Positions 24,291-38,020 are shown, counted from the first letter of the stretch. The stretch is 64,000 nt of DNA from Octopus sinensis (GCF_006345805.1 NC_043022.1:1426001-1490000); one strand, 5' to 3'. The notes: generated from the sequence alone by a model not told the origin. Numbers and translations are program-made.

Positions 24291-26240
24291 AACTCCCTGT
24301 ATATCTTCCAACATGAAGCCTAACAAAAACAAAGAAGGGCTCCCAACTTTGCAATATTGGCTTCAAATTTGGGCACAAGGCCAACAGTTTTGGAGGAAGG
24401 GGCAAGTTGATTTCATTGGCCCCAGAAAGATGAAACGTAAAGTTGACCTAGGTGGAATTTGAACTCAGAACGTGATGGACAAAATACTGCTAAGCATTTT
24501 GCCTGGCGTGTTAACTGTTCTGCTTGCTCTCCGCCCTAGTTTACGTAAAATGTTGGTTTCAAATTTGGGCACAAAGCCAGCAATTTCGGGGGCAGGGTTT
24601 ATCGATTATATTGACCCCCAGTGTTCAACTGCTTCTTATTTTATCAACCTTGAAAGGATAAAAGGCAAAGTTGACCTCAGCGGAATTTGAACCCCGAAAG
24701 TAAAGACATGGAATGCTGCTAAGCATTTTGCCTGGTGTGCTAATGATTCTGCCAGCTCACTGCCCTAACGTTCATATATTCTTTTCTTCTCTCGGCACAA
24801 GGTTCGAAATTTTTTGGTGGGAGGGGGACCAGTTGATTACATCGACCCCAGTATGCAACTGGTACCTAATTTATCAACCCCAAAAAGATGAAAGGCTAAG
24901 TCGACCACAGTGGAATTTGAACTCAGAGCGTAAAGACAGACAAAATACCTATTTCTTTACTACCCACAAGGGGTTAAACACAGAGAGGACAAACAAGGAC
25001 AGACAAACAGATTAAGTCGATTATATCGACCCCAGTGCGTAACTGGTACTTATTTAATCGACCCCGAAAGGATGAAAGGCAAAGTCGACCTCGGCGGAAT
25101 TTGAACTCTGAACTCTGAACGTAACGGGAGACAAAATACCGCCAAGCATTTCACCCGTCATGCCAACGTTTCTGCCGCCTAACATTAAAATATTGGAATA
25201 AAAGATGAAAAGTAGAAACCATCAGTTTGTAATTATTTCCTAAAACGTACATTGTTTTCGCTTTAAAAAGTATAATTAAAAGCATTTATCTATATCAGAC
25301 AATGCTTCATGCAAACTACACCACAATATATGTTTGAAGACATCCTAATTTATAACCTCCAAGCCAGCTTCCTCTTCACCTCTCAGCACCGTCCTATATT
25401 TTAGTTATTTATTTTCTTTCTTTAACCCACCTCTCCTTGTTCACTGTTTTGTCCAGGATTGTTTTCTTTTTCTTTTGGTTTCAGCCACACCACCAGTCCA
25501 GCTAAGTATCTTCACATGCCTCATGCCTCACTTATTTACGAATTAACAGCTTTCTTTCACTACATGCAGAGCCTCCTAGAAATTCCAACTTCCCCATTAG
25601 GCTTTTTCCTTCTTCCCACCACACCATGTTAGAAGCTTCCACATACACACCATGCCTCACCGTATTTTGTGCTGGGGCATAGAACTGTGTTTTTCTATTT
25701 TTTTTTATGATGAATTCCTTTTTTTCTTTTTCTTCTTGTTTCTTATTTTTTCCATGTTCCAGCCACGCATACCAAAACAAATTAAAGCCTTACTAATCAA
25801 CATATAAGTTTTTTAATTGTGCTACCACTGCATTAAGGCTTCTGCCTTCTTGCCCTGCCACACTTACAGCTTTTCCATATATATATATACATATATATAT
25901 TACTGATTTCTTGTCTTACTTACATTCCTCTCTCTCACACTCACTCCCTATCTATCTGTCTCTGTCTGTCTGTCTCTCTCTCACTCACTCACTGTCTATC
26001 TGTCTCTCTCTGTCTCTCACACCCTTTCTATCTGTCTCTCTGTCTCTCCTCCCCACTCTCTCTATTCTTTTAATAACTGTTTGATTCAGCTTTCTACAAA
26101 CCTGACGAGTTATGTTCGTTAGGCTATATGGAACCAAATCAAACTATTTTAAATGATAATGTCTGTAAGTCCTACCAAATGTCTTAAGTTCCTCTTTCTT
26201 TTGTTTCTCCACTCACTTGTGTACATGTGTGTGTGTGTGT

Positions 26241-26293
<53 letters not shown>

Positions 26294-26319
26294 ATGCGCG
26301 TGTGTATTTAAGAGCAAAC

Positions 26320-26626
26320 CAGTGGTTCTCAACCGGGGTTCATATAAGACTTTGGGGGTTCCATGCAAGCAAAATAATAAACTGAGGACCCACCATAGTA
26401 TATTAAGGGTCTATGAAAACATTTTTTAGTTAAGATGAATGTGTTGCAAGATAGAGCCAGCTTTCTTTCTCAAATGTTTTACAAATGAAAGTGTGAGATA
26501 CAAAATAGGAATTTTGAGAGAAGTGTCTTTCAAAACTAGTTTTCAAACGTGGAATGGCTTACGGGGTTCTGCCAGAATAAAATGGCTGATAAAGGGGTTC
26601 ATAGATGAAATGGTTGAGAAACACTG
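26320..26626. mobile_element. hAT(Charlie)-like MITE (CAGTGGTTCTCAAC...GTTGAGAAACACTG). Related copies 32661-32923, 56135-56400, 56839-57090, 57216-57889
   Basis: Terminal inverted repeats visible at both ends; no clean TSD found. Confidence 0.7.
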
Positions 26627-27564
26627 GACTATGTCACATGATGTACCATGTGATATATAGGTTAAAGACTTTCTTCCTCAGTTCCTCCTTCTTTCTCTTT
26701 CTCCTCCTCCTCCTCTCCTTTTCCTCCTCCTCTTCTTTCTTGCCACCTCTTGCAATTCTCTTATACCACACACACATTTCATGATGTCCTCTACAGTTTC
26801 CCCCTCTGCCTTTTTATTTCCAATATTGCTATGCATGATGACTATTGCTTCATTTCCTATATCCTTTTTCTTTCAAAAACAGCCCCAAAACCAGACGCAC
26901 ACATGCGCGCACACACATATACATACACACCCTATAGTGTTGAAAGTATCCCTTCTCCCAAGTGTTTTGTAACCTACTGCATTAGCTAGTTACACAACTT
27001 AAAGTTGGGGAGGGCGAATGTGGAAGACAAACTCGTTGTCGTTGTCATCGTCATTTTGTATAAGTCAGGAAAACTAAGATAGGTTCATGGACCATAAGGC
27101 GAAGTTAGCTCTGCTGCATTGAGCGGAACCATTCTTGAAGTGTCCGACATTTCGAACAATAAAGTCCTTCTTCATGGTCAAGTTGACAGTTGTCTTTATT
27201 TTCCTTTTCGTCAACTTCAAGTTGAAGAAGGACTTTGCTGTAGGAATCCTTTGGATATTCCACCTGTCACAGCAGTTTCCCTGTACTTTTTGTCGTTTTT
27301 TTTTATACACACACACACATGAATACACACACACACACACACACACAGATGAGCATACACATATCTGAATGCAGATGTACACCTGCACGTACTTATGCAC
27401 TGATACTCACACATACGAATACACACACACACACACACACATAGTTGTCAACTAAACGTGACTAAGGTAAGGGTGTCAAGACACCTATATTGCTAGAAAT
27501 GAGAGCTAAAATGCTCGAATGCTGTTATAAAGCACAATATATATATATTCTGATAGGAGATGCA

Positions 27565-27599
<35 letters not shown>

Positions 27600-27601
27600 A
27601 A

Positions 27602-28205
27602 CAGGGTATAACAGGTAAACTGGGACCGTTTAAATATTTTTATTATAATTGGTATAACTTGGAAAAATGAAACACTGCAAATTTTATGTTTATGCCAGTT
27701 TATTGTGGTGTGTTTAGCACTTATTTCAGTTCAATGTGATCGCCATTCTCTTTCCTGACCAGTTCAGAGGCCGTTTACAAAATGATGCCTCAACCATTTC
27801 TTCCTTTTTCATTTTATTGAATGCTTGCTTGATCGAAGCCTTCAGTTGAAACACAGTTGTGAGGAGTTGTGTTGGATATTGCTTCCACTGCACCCCAAAG
27901 CCAATAATCACATGGATTCAAATCTGGCAATCTCGAGGGCCAGATATTTTTTAGGGACAAAGATAGGCAATTCCTTCCTCGAAAATTCTTGCACTCTTTT
28001 TGAAGAATGGGCAGGCACAGAGTCCTGTACAAACACGACTCAACTTGCATCATAATGCTTCGTAATCCAAGGCATCAAAACTTCTAAGGTTTTGAGATAA
28101 GTGATTATTGAAGCTAGTAATATTTAAAATTTAGACTCCAACAAAATCTATACAATTAGAAACATACCTGTTTGAAATTTCTCCCAATTTACCTGTTACA
28201 TCCTA
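27602..28205 (-). mobile_element. Internally deleted Tc1/mariner element with both TIRs
   Basis: TIRs cagggtataacaggtaaactggg (27602-27624) and cccaatttacctgttacatccta (28183-28205); internal minus frame WPSRLPDLNPCDYWLWGAVE. Confidence 0.85.
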
Positions 28206-28405
28206 TATATATATATATCATCATCATCATCATCGTTTAACACCCGTTCTCCATGCTAGCATGGGTTGGACGGTTTGGCCAAGGATCTGGCCAAATAATA
28301 AAAATAATAATAATAATAATAGGGAATATTATTCCTAACTTACAGGGAAAAATTCAATTTAGAAATACTAAATTAAATTTCACAAAATATAATATATTTT
28401 TTCTA

Positions 28406-28436
<31 letters not shown>

Positions 28437-28563
28437 CATACATACACACACACTCTCACAGATGTGAACACATACACAAACGTTTGCACACCTGAGAGTA
28501 CGTGCATACACACACACATGCATATACAGTTTAAATGTGTCCATCCCTGTATATATACTAGTT

Positions 28564-28606
<43 letters not shown>

Positions 28607-28642
28607 TATGTGTATGCATGTGTATTTGCATATCAACTTGAA

Positions 28643-28673
<31 letters not shown>

Positions 28674-29416
28674 AGTATGATTCACTGCTGCTAGAAAATG
28701 GTAACTGTAATATAACAAAGCACTCTTTCATTTTAGCTCGGATAAATTTAATTTAAAAATAATAAAAAACAGCACCCCCCCCCCCCTTTCCGATTTATCA
28801 AGAAAATGAAGAAAACAAACAACAGAATTGTATTCACAGATTATGTTGGTGTTATATTTTTTAGATTTATTTTACTATTTTTGTATATTTAATGTATTTG
28901 TTATGTAATGTGAAGTTCATATGGATTTATTGTGTCTTACCTAAGATTACAGTGTAATGATATATATATATATAGTGACCTCGTGAAGACCACTTGCATT
29001 TTTTTTCCTATGTTTCCGACGAAGAGCTCCACTTGAAACGTCATACTCTCCTTCTTCCCTTCTTTCCTGAGCGTCCAATTTGTTCCACATCCTTGCGTTG
29101 TTGTCTTTTTGTTTTCTTGTTTGGATTAACTTTATATATATATATATATATAATGATACATGCTGTGGTACATTATATGGCGTGTGTACACTTTGCGCAG
29201 TATCTTTTCCTGTGTGTTGTGATAGAAGTTTGGAGTTGGTATCTCTGTTGTTATTGTTGCTAGGTTTTATGATGTGATATTTAGCTTTATTTGTGACAAG
29301 AGTCATCTAACAGTATTTAACTGCTTAGCTGGGCTAGAAAGGTTGTATGACTGCCTTTGCTTACTAGCTGTCACATACTGTCACTATATCATCATCATCA
29401 TCGTTTAACGTCCGCT

Positions 29417-29640
29417 GAAAATAAACAAAAGACGAAGGCAGGTTTACGGAAATAAACAAAAGACGAAGGCAGGTGGAATACAAACAAACAATTGTATTAG
29501 TATGGCGCTCAGGAATATAAATAAAACAAGTCTTTTACGTTTCGAGCCTACGCTCTTCAACAGAAAGATACACCGAAAAGAAACACAGAAAGAAGGAGAG
29601 AAAAAAAATGCGTGCAGAGGCTAGCGAATCAACATGACGA
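29417..29640 (-). mobile_element. Short Penelope/retrozyme-like element with hammerhead-like motif (family H2; second copy 59143-59354 on +)
   Basis: About 210-bp shared sequence with 'tctttctgttgaagagcgtaggctcgaaacgtaaaaga'; adjacent to (TA)n. Confidence 0.55.
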
Positions 29641-30008
29641 TATATATATATATAGTTTGATAACAGTTTGATTTGGCTCCGTGTAGCTTAAAGTTTCGTG
29701 GGCTCATAAAATGAGCTTAGTTAGCTCTTCAGGCTTATATAATTGAACTTTTATTGAATAATATACTTGACTCTTAAGGCAGTGAGTTGGCAGAAACGTT
29801 AGCATGCTGGGCAGAATAACTTCACGGTATTTCATCTGTCTTGATGTTGTGAGCTCAAATTCTGCTGAGGTTGATGTTGCCTTTTGTCCTTTCAGGGGTC
29901 GATAAATTAAGTACCAGTTACATACTGGGGTCGATCAAATTGACTGCCCCCCCACCTCACCAAAAATTTCGGGCTTTGTGCCTCATGTAGAAAAAGTATA
30001 TTTGTGTG

Positions 30009-30043
<35 letters not shown>

Positions 30044-30921
30044 TTCTGTTGACTCCTCTCCCTTTCCAAGCTAAATGTAAGGGAGTATTTCAGCTGAGCC
30101 CTGCACATGCAAATGAAACTCTTTGTCAGTTAAAGAGTGCTCCCACTGTTTACAAAGGTCAGCTGTTTGTTCTGTATAGACTGGTTCAGAAACAGTTCTA
30201 GTCACTGAATGTACTCTCTTAGATTGCTGGCTGACTGGCTATCGACAATTCCTAAAGCCACAGGTTGGTCAATTTGTTCAACTAAAAGCTCCAGCATGGT
30301 CGCAGTCAAATGATTGAAACAAGTAAAAGAATATTTGTACACAATGATGTTATGTTAATCAACAAAGCAACAAAACCCTCTTGGTACAGAGAAACATCTT
30401 TTATCTCTAAAATCCCAGAATCCTTTTCATTTCTCTTTCGATATCTTCTTGCCTAGCAGAATGTCCTTACTCTGAGCTGTATACACTGGTCAGTAACAGC
30501 ATGGCTAAGGTCATCTCGTCTAGTCGCAAACTTTATGGTCGAAATGTCAAGATGTTCCAGTATTAGTAATCTCCAATCTCCTTGCAACCAAACTCTAGTT
30601 ATCTTCTTATCTTTCTGCCTCCTACCTTTGTTCTGACTCCAGTCAACTTCACTCAGCTGAGTTTAGCCTTTCTAAACACAAACACAACCTATGTTTATTC
30701 TAGCTTTGTTTGTTTCTCATAGGTTCCTGTATTCTACAGGTCCTCCCCGTGTGCTAAATGCCCTCAATGATTTTCTTCACACCTCAGTGATCTTAAGCCC
30801 TTTTGATGACAACAAACCCCAAACCACCCCTTGGTTCTGTGATACAAATTTTGTTTTAAAGTGGTCTAAATTAAAACCTTCCATCAAAAAGAGGATGCTA
30901 AACGATGATGGGTATATATAT

Positions 30922-30989
<68 letters not shown>

Positions 30990-31065
30990 GTATATATATA
31001 TATGTATGTGTGTGTGTATATATATATACATGTGTGTGTGTGTGTGTTGTGTGTGTGTATATATA

Positions 31066-31098
<33 letters not shown>

Positions 31099-31205
31099 GT
31101 ATGTGTGTGTGTATATATATGTGTGTGTGTGTGTGTGTTATATATATATATATATATATGATATGATCTGGGTAATAACTGTATGTGTATTTCAAAGTTA
31201 TTGGC

Positions 31206-31249
<44 letters not shown>

Positions 31250-31666
31250 CTTAGATATTTCATATTAATTCTTAGGATTATTTCCAAAGCACATTTTATA
31301 ATTTGTGCCTTGGGAGGGCCATTATGCCAATAATAAACAAACACTGGTTATATTTCACTTATTATTTGTGGACAAGTTAACCATTTAACAATATAATTGA
31401 CTGACTAATCGCTCAGTCAATCAATCAGCTGGGTTTGTTCAAGTCCTTTCGTCACCATTTGTGTTATGACCCTCCCAAGATTCAACAAAACCCATTTCAA
31501 CACACAAGTTCACATCAAGAATCTTGCAAACCGAATATGCAAACAAAACATTTCATATTAATTGTTAGGAATTATTTCTAAAACATTTTAAAAATTAATT
31601 ATTCTGACTAGCTACAAATTCCTCGTTCACATCTGATCCACACTGTAACCCACCCCCACCCTGACC

Positions 31667-31925
31667 TATGTGAAGTCTGGTCAAAAAGCATCAGGACCGG
31701 TGCTATAAAAAGAAAACTACAACATAAATCAATTTGGTATTTAATCTCCTTCGAAGTTGTCCTCTTCTGAAGCCACATACTTTAGCCAGGGTCATTTCCA
31801 TTGATGGGGGCATTCCTGGAATTCCTTTTTTAGGGAGAGTGAGCAGCTGTCTAGTCGCATTCTCTTGGACTTCCTCGACATCTTGAAATCTTGTTCTTTT
31901 CAAGTGGGGTTTGATTTTCAGAAAG
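31667..31925 (-). mobile_element. mariner transposase 3' end with TIR
   Basis: KRTRFQDVEEVQENATRQLLTLPK then, after a frameshift, EFQECPHQWK*PWLKYVASEEDNFEGD*, typical of a mariner C-terminus; TIR 'tatgtgaagtctggtcaaaaagcatcaggac'. Confidence 0.8.
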
Positions 31926-33189
31926 ATTCTTGGCCATAAGAACCTTCAAGCCATGTCTCTTCCCACACACATATTTTCTCTGCCACAATCACTGATGGAA
32001 CCTCTGTGATGTGGTGAGACAACCACACTCAACACACTTTACTTCCAAGCTTTGTTACAATCAATTGAAGTGAGCAAGAACATTATAACTTAGAATGCAG
32101 AGTTCAAGGCCAGCCTGTGCCAAGTGGTTCCGCTCCGCAGATTTTAGCTCTGTTAATACAGCAATAGTCCTGATGCCTTTTGATCAGACCAACCTCATAT
32201 TCTACATATTTTCTGTTTCCAGGCTGACCAATATTCTAAACATTTCCAACTTTCAATCTGACCAGTATTAAATCTAACCAGTATTCTAAACCACTTCCCA
32301 TGTTCAAATCTAACCAGTAGGTTTGACCGTTTCTGTCTTGAAATCCAAGCCATTTTCTAACTTGAAATCCAACTCCCTGTCTTACTCTATTCCCATGTAC
32401 AAGAAGGTTGAATATTTTGAATTTCATGTAACCCTTTAGCATTTTATCCGGCCATATCCAGCCCAAATTTTCTACTTGTTTTATCTACAAACTGGCCGCA
32501 TCCAACCTCTCAAACCTACCCTACAATGTCATTCTAGAATATATTCAAACACACCATTGAAATCTTGAAAGCTAAATGATTAATGCATGAGTAATTCCAA
32601 TTACTGTCAATAAACAAACGTTATATTTGACAGAATAATCTGAATTCTAAAGGGTTAAATCAGTGATTCTCAACCAGGGTCTACATGGCCCTTTGGGGGT
32701 CCATATAAGATTGCGTTGTTGAAGTTTTTTGAGTACAATAAACTGATTTCGCAATACATTAAAATATTTTAACAATTTCTTTTAATACAATTCCTAATAA
32801 TTATAAAAATATAGTAATTATAGATTTTATTTTTTAAAGCACCCAGTGTGTTGTATGAGGGTCCAAACGAGTAAAATACAAATCAAAGGGGGTCTATAGG
32901 GAAAAGGGGGTTGAGAAACACTGATTTAAACTGCCCATGTCTGACCAAAATAGTCTACCTGTTTTATGTTTAAAACAGGCAGATCTGGCCTCTTGCACTT
33001 ACTTTACAATGTCTTTCTACAAACATACAATCATCATTGAAATCTCAAAACCCTGAGATAATACAAGATTAATTCTACAAAATATGAATAAATAAATCAT
33101 TTTATTTGACAGAGTAATCTGGTCCAATTATTCAATCCTTCCTTATATTCAAATCAGCCAGATTTGGCCTCTCACACCTACTCTATATA

Positions 33190-33700
33190 CCGTAAATCCT
33201 CGTGTATAGTCCGCCCTTGAGTATAATACGCAGGGGATTTTTAGGTGGCTGTACCTCTAAAAACCTAAAATTTGTGTATAATACACATCCCTTCTCTAAC
33301 TTGAGTCAAGGAGGTCTATATAACATCCTTGGTTTGTAAAAATGTATACGGTAACGTCCTTTATTATTATTGTATATATAACATAATGCAAACGTGTAGC
33401 TTTTTTGTGCATTTTGTTTGCAGAAAATAAAGAAATAACAGTAATAACGTTTACTAAATGTTGCTTACTGCAAGTTATGGATGATTCTTTTGTGACTTCA
33501 TTGCTTTTAGGCTTAGCTTAAGGTATTTTCGCACCTGACATCACAAAATGCGTCTGAATAAACATTGCCGGACAGCAAATAGAGACTCGGACATTGCTTA
33601 GAAAATAATTTTCATTTTTAACCTTGTATATGGTACGCACTAGGGATTTTGGCCTTTAAATTTTGGGGGAAAAATGCGGATTATACTCGAGGATTTACGG
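33190..33700. mobile_element. pogo/Tigger-like MITE, 511 bp, TA target duplication, nested in a piggyBac-like MITE
   Basis: 25-bp TIRs ccgtaaatcctcgtgtatagtccgc / gcggattatactcgaggatttacgg (2 mismatches), flanked by TA at 33188-33189 and 33701-33702. Confidence 0.9.
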
Positions 33701-34759
33701 TAAACAATCACATTGTTGAAATATTGAAAACAATGTGAATATGCAATAATTTGAATGCTAAAGGGTTATGGCAGACAGCAAGAAGAACAACAACAAGAAA
33801 TAGATGAATTAAAAGGTGGCAGAAAAGTAAAAGAAACAATTAATGGATATTACATTTATTTATCTAATTTATTTTTTGTAATCTATTTCTAATGAGATCC
33901 ACTAATTAGCTGTAGCGTAGCCATAGTTTATTCTGCAATTGTTTCATTCCTTTTCCAAATCAGCAGCTGGTAGTTTTTTGCACTTCAGCTCAGATACAAT
34001 AAAGCTCTTTGCTTTTTCATTGTCCCTTTTTTTTTTTTAATCTTTATCTTTCTTGCCATCTCTGCTATTTTTGCTGCCAACATTTTCTTCTTCTTATTAT
34101 TATTATTCCACTATGCACATAGCTTATCATTTTTACAACCTTAATTCCCAGGAAGTCTCACCAGACATCCAATATGTATCCAGTACAGATGTTCCTATAT
34201 GCACCTCTTAAACAGTAATCTTAGTTTTACAGCTGTATTAGGGTATATATATATATTTATATATATTTATATATATTATAAACATAGCAGTGCCCTTTTT
34301 CTTCTCCTTTTTCATCAAAATTTATTTAATTTTTAAATATATTTTTGATCCTAAAATTCAAATTATTTTTGCTGACACGTGAAAATACATATTTCTGATT
34401 CTCTTGAAATATCAACATATATTTATCATTACATATATATCTATATATCTATATATATATATAAGTACTCAATATAAGACTTAATCTATTAAACAAAGTC
34501 CAATAAACTTCATCAAATAAATGAAATGAAGCAGATTGGATGTTAAAATGGATTATAAACAATTGTTTCTGGGAATTGGACCATGATTTCCATAAAGAGA
34601 ACATCAGAAAGGTCAAATTTGTATTCTTCCGTAGGAAAATAAACAAAAAAATGTTTAAAAGATGCATAGAATTTTTTCTTAGTTATCATTATTATTATTT
34701 AGGTATTTGTATATTCATTCTTCGACTCAGTATTATTTGAATCGAGACAGGTCTGGGAA

Positions 34760-35066
34760 TCTTTATATATAAAATTGAAGTTGTGTGTGTGAGACTCTGT
34801 CTCCTCCGATTTAGATTCCTAACTACTCCCACATTTTGCGGTGCAGTTTAACCAAAAGTGGGTATCTTATAGTTGTCATTCATATCGAGCCCTTCTGGGT
34901 ATTAGCGCGCGTCTACGATGAATCTACGATTAAAAAAAAAATTTACCATCATTTTTCCGCATTTTTAATGATTTTTGCTCGGGTTATATAAGGGAAGTAA
35001 CTCTCTAAAAATGCTTATATAGTTATTTCCCTTACAAACCCGAGCAACGCCGGGCGATACTGCTAG
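34760..35066 (+). mobile_element. Non-autonomous Helitron, 307 bp
   Basis: 5' TC after A, 3' CTAG before T, subterminal hairpin cccgagcaacgccggg (35039-35054), no TSD. Confidence 0.85.
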
Positions 35067-35267
35067 TATCAAATAAAAGGATAATCCATTTTCATATCCT
35101 ATCTGCTTCATTTCAATTATTTGATGAAGTTTATTGGACTTTGTTTAATAAATTAAGTCTTATATCAAGTATTTCTTTACATACTTTTGTACCTTTATGA
35201 TTTAAAAATTCGTAAATAATGTACAAGGAAAAAATTCCTATTAAAGGACGAAGATAAATTCATCCAG

Positions 35268-35316
<49 letters not shown>

Positions 35317-37982
35317 AGTAAAAGGCAGAATATAGAAATATTACAACTGAAAGGCTATATATATTGATATTTTTGATGAAATATTAATATATTGTTGACC
35401 TGAACAATCACAGCTTATTTTTCTGATAAGATCGGTGTATTTTCATAAATGTAAATTTGATGAAGAAACAAATGTTGTGAACTCTCACCCTGATGAATGG
35501 GAGACAAATTTATTAAATTTCAAAATTTCAAAATTTTGTTTTATTTATTTATTTCATTTATTCATTCATTTATTTTTTGAAAGTAAAAAAAAAAATACAA
35601 ATAAGGGTCCAATAAAGACCAAAACAAATCGACCCCAATCCAATTGGTCTTGACAAGCCAGCTGTCCACCCCATTGGCATTGCCCTCTATTGTTGTCATT
35701 TTACTTCACTGACCAACAAGAATTGTTCTGACCAGTGTAGCTATTCAAAGAACCTAGAGAAAGTTGAACAAGAACAACACCAGGGGTCACACTCTGACCC
35801 TTTATCACCTACCCTAGCGACACACTCACCCTACGGTGTTTGGCATGTCAGTGTCCCTGAGCTCTCTTTTCCAAGAAATTATTCATCCGATATCGGTCAC
35901 CAAATCATTACCAGTAGCGTAACCAAAATGCTAAATAAGAGCGAGCGAGCGACATCCTGTCATTTATTTACAAAGGCCCTTCTTCACAAAAAAACCCAAG
36001 CTAAAAGGTAATAAATAGTTCAGAGAAAACTTATTAGGCCATATTTAATTGTTGTTTATATGTTGTTGTGTATTATTATTGTTAGTGTACGTTGAAATAT
36101 ATTTGTAATATATTTGTAATATGACATGCTGAGATATAGTTTTGGAGTCATGTATATGATATGTAAGGTGATAGCATGTCAAGATAAACTGAGGAAGATA
36201 TCTTCGTACATACACACTCCTCGTAACATGTCAAGATATACATAGTGTTGTGTGTGTGTGTGTATATGTGTGTATATTCATTCTTCGACTCAGGATTATT
36301 TGAATCGAGACAGGTCTGGGAATATATATATATAAAATTGAAGTTGTGTGTGTGTGAGACTCTGTCTCCTCCGATTTAGATTCCTAACTATTCCCACATT
36401 TTGCGGTGCAGTTTAACCAAATATCACATGATATTTGTATTTATGTGTCTGTTTATCTCACTGACATCACTTGACAACCAATATTGGTGTGCTTATGTCC
36501 CCGTAACTTAGCAGTTCGGCAAAAGAGACCGATAGAATAAGTACTAGGCTTACAAAGTATAAGTCCTGGGGTCGATTTGCTCAACTAAAGGCGGTGCTGC
36601 AGCATGGCCGCAGTCAAATGACTGAAACAGGTAAAAGAATAAAAGAATTTATGTATAGGTGCAGGGTTGGCTGTGGGATAAGGAGCTTGCTTCCCAACCA
36701 CATGGTTCTGGGTTCAGTCTCACTGTGTGGCACATTGGGCAAGAGTCTTCTACTACAGCCTTGGCCTGACTAAAGCCTTGTCAGTGGATTTGGTAGAAAG
36801 AAAACTGAAAGAAGCCTATTGCGCATGCACACCTGTGTATGTTACTATCAAGACATCATGTGATATTTGTAAATGTGTGTCACTGCCATGCAAGCGCTGT
36901 CCTGCATTTCCAGTCTTCCAGGAAAACATGTCTGGTCTGCGGGGAATATTACTTAACTTTATTCCTCAAAGTCTTCAAAGCAATGCCCCAGCATGGTCGC
37001 ATGATGACTAAAACAAGTAAAAGATAAAACAGCACTATTAACCTTTTTTCACACCAACCCACCCATGACCTCTCCTGGTTCTGTGGCATTCTGTGATACA
37101 AACTTCCTGTTCTCAAATAAGACCTTCCTTCAGATGGGGATGTGAAGGCATGTGGCTTAGTGGTTAGGGAGCTGCAATCACGAACATTAAGATTGGGGTT
37201 TCAATTCTTGAACCTGGCAATGCATTGTATTTTTTGAGCAGAACACTTCATTTCACATTGCTCCAGTCTACTCAGCAGTCAATAGATTCCAACAACAGCT
37301 GGGAAGTTGAACTTGTGGTAGATTGGTGTCCTATCAAGAGGGGTGGGCTTGTGGCTCCAGTCACTTATACCCCATGGAAATCAGGTCAGGATCCACCCCA
37401 ATGAGTCTGAGAGCCTATGACAGACCTACATAACAAACTCAGGTGGGTTGGTATAAAAAAAAGTTAAGATGTATACCCTGTCAAGGCAGATTTAGCTTCT
37501 ATTTCTAGCTGTTTGAGGGACCACATAGTGGTTCCTCATTGCTTGTTGCTGTTATATTTAATTTTACTGTAATTTGTAATGAGATGGAGGGGAGGCTGTT
37601 GAAGTTATTTAGGCAACTGAGGATATGATGTAACATTAAAATACTTGTGATGCAAATAATCATTTTATATTCATATGCATGTATGTATACATGCTCATAT
37701 AGAAGTGTGTATATCATCATCATCATCGTTTAACATCCGCTTTCCATGCTAGCATGGGTTGGACGGTGCAACTGGGGTCTGGGAAGCCCAAAGGCTGCAC
37801 CAGGCCAGTCAGATCTGGCAGTGTTTCTACAGCTGGATGTCCTTCCTAACGCCAACCACTCCGTGACTGTAGTGGGTGTTTTTTATGTGCCACCGACACA
37901 GGTGCCAGACGAGGCTGGCGAACGGCCACGCTCGGATGGTGTTTGTTACGTGCCCATAACACGGAGGCCAGTCGATGTAGTA

Positions 37983-38020
<38 letters not shown>

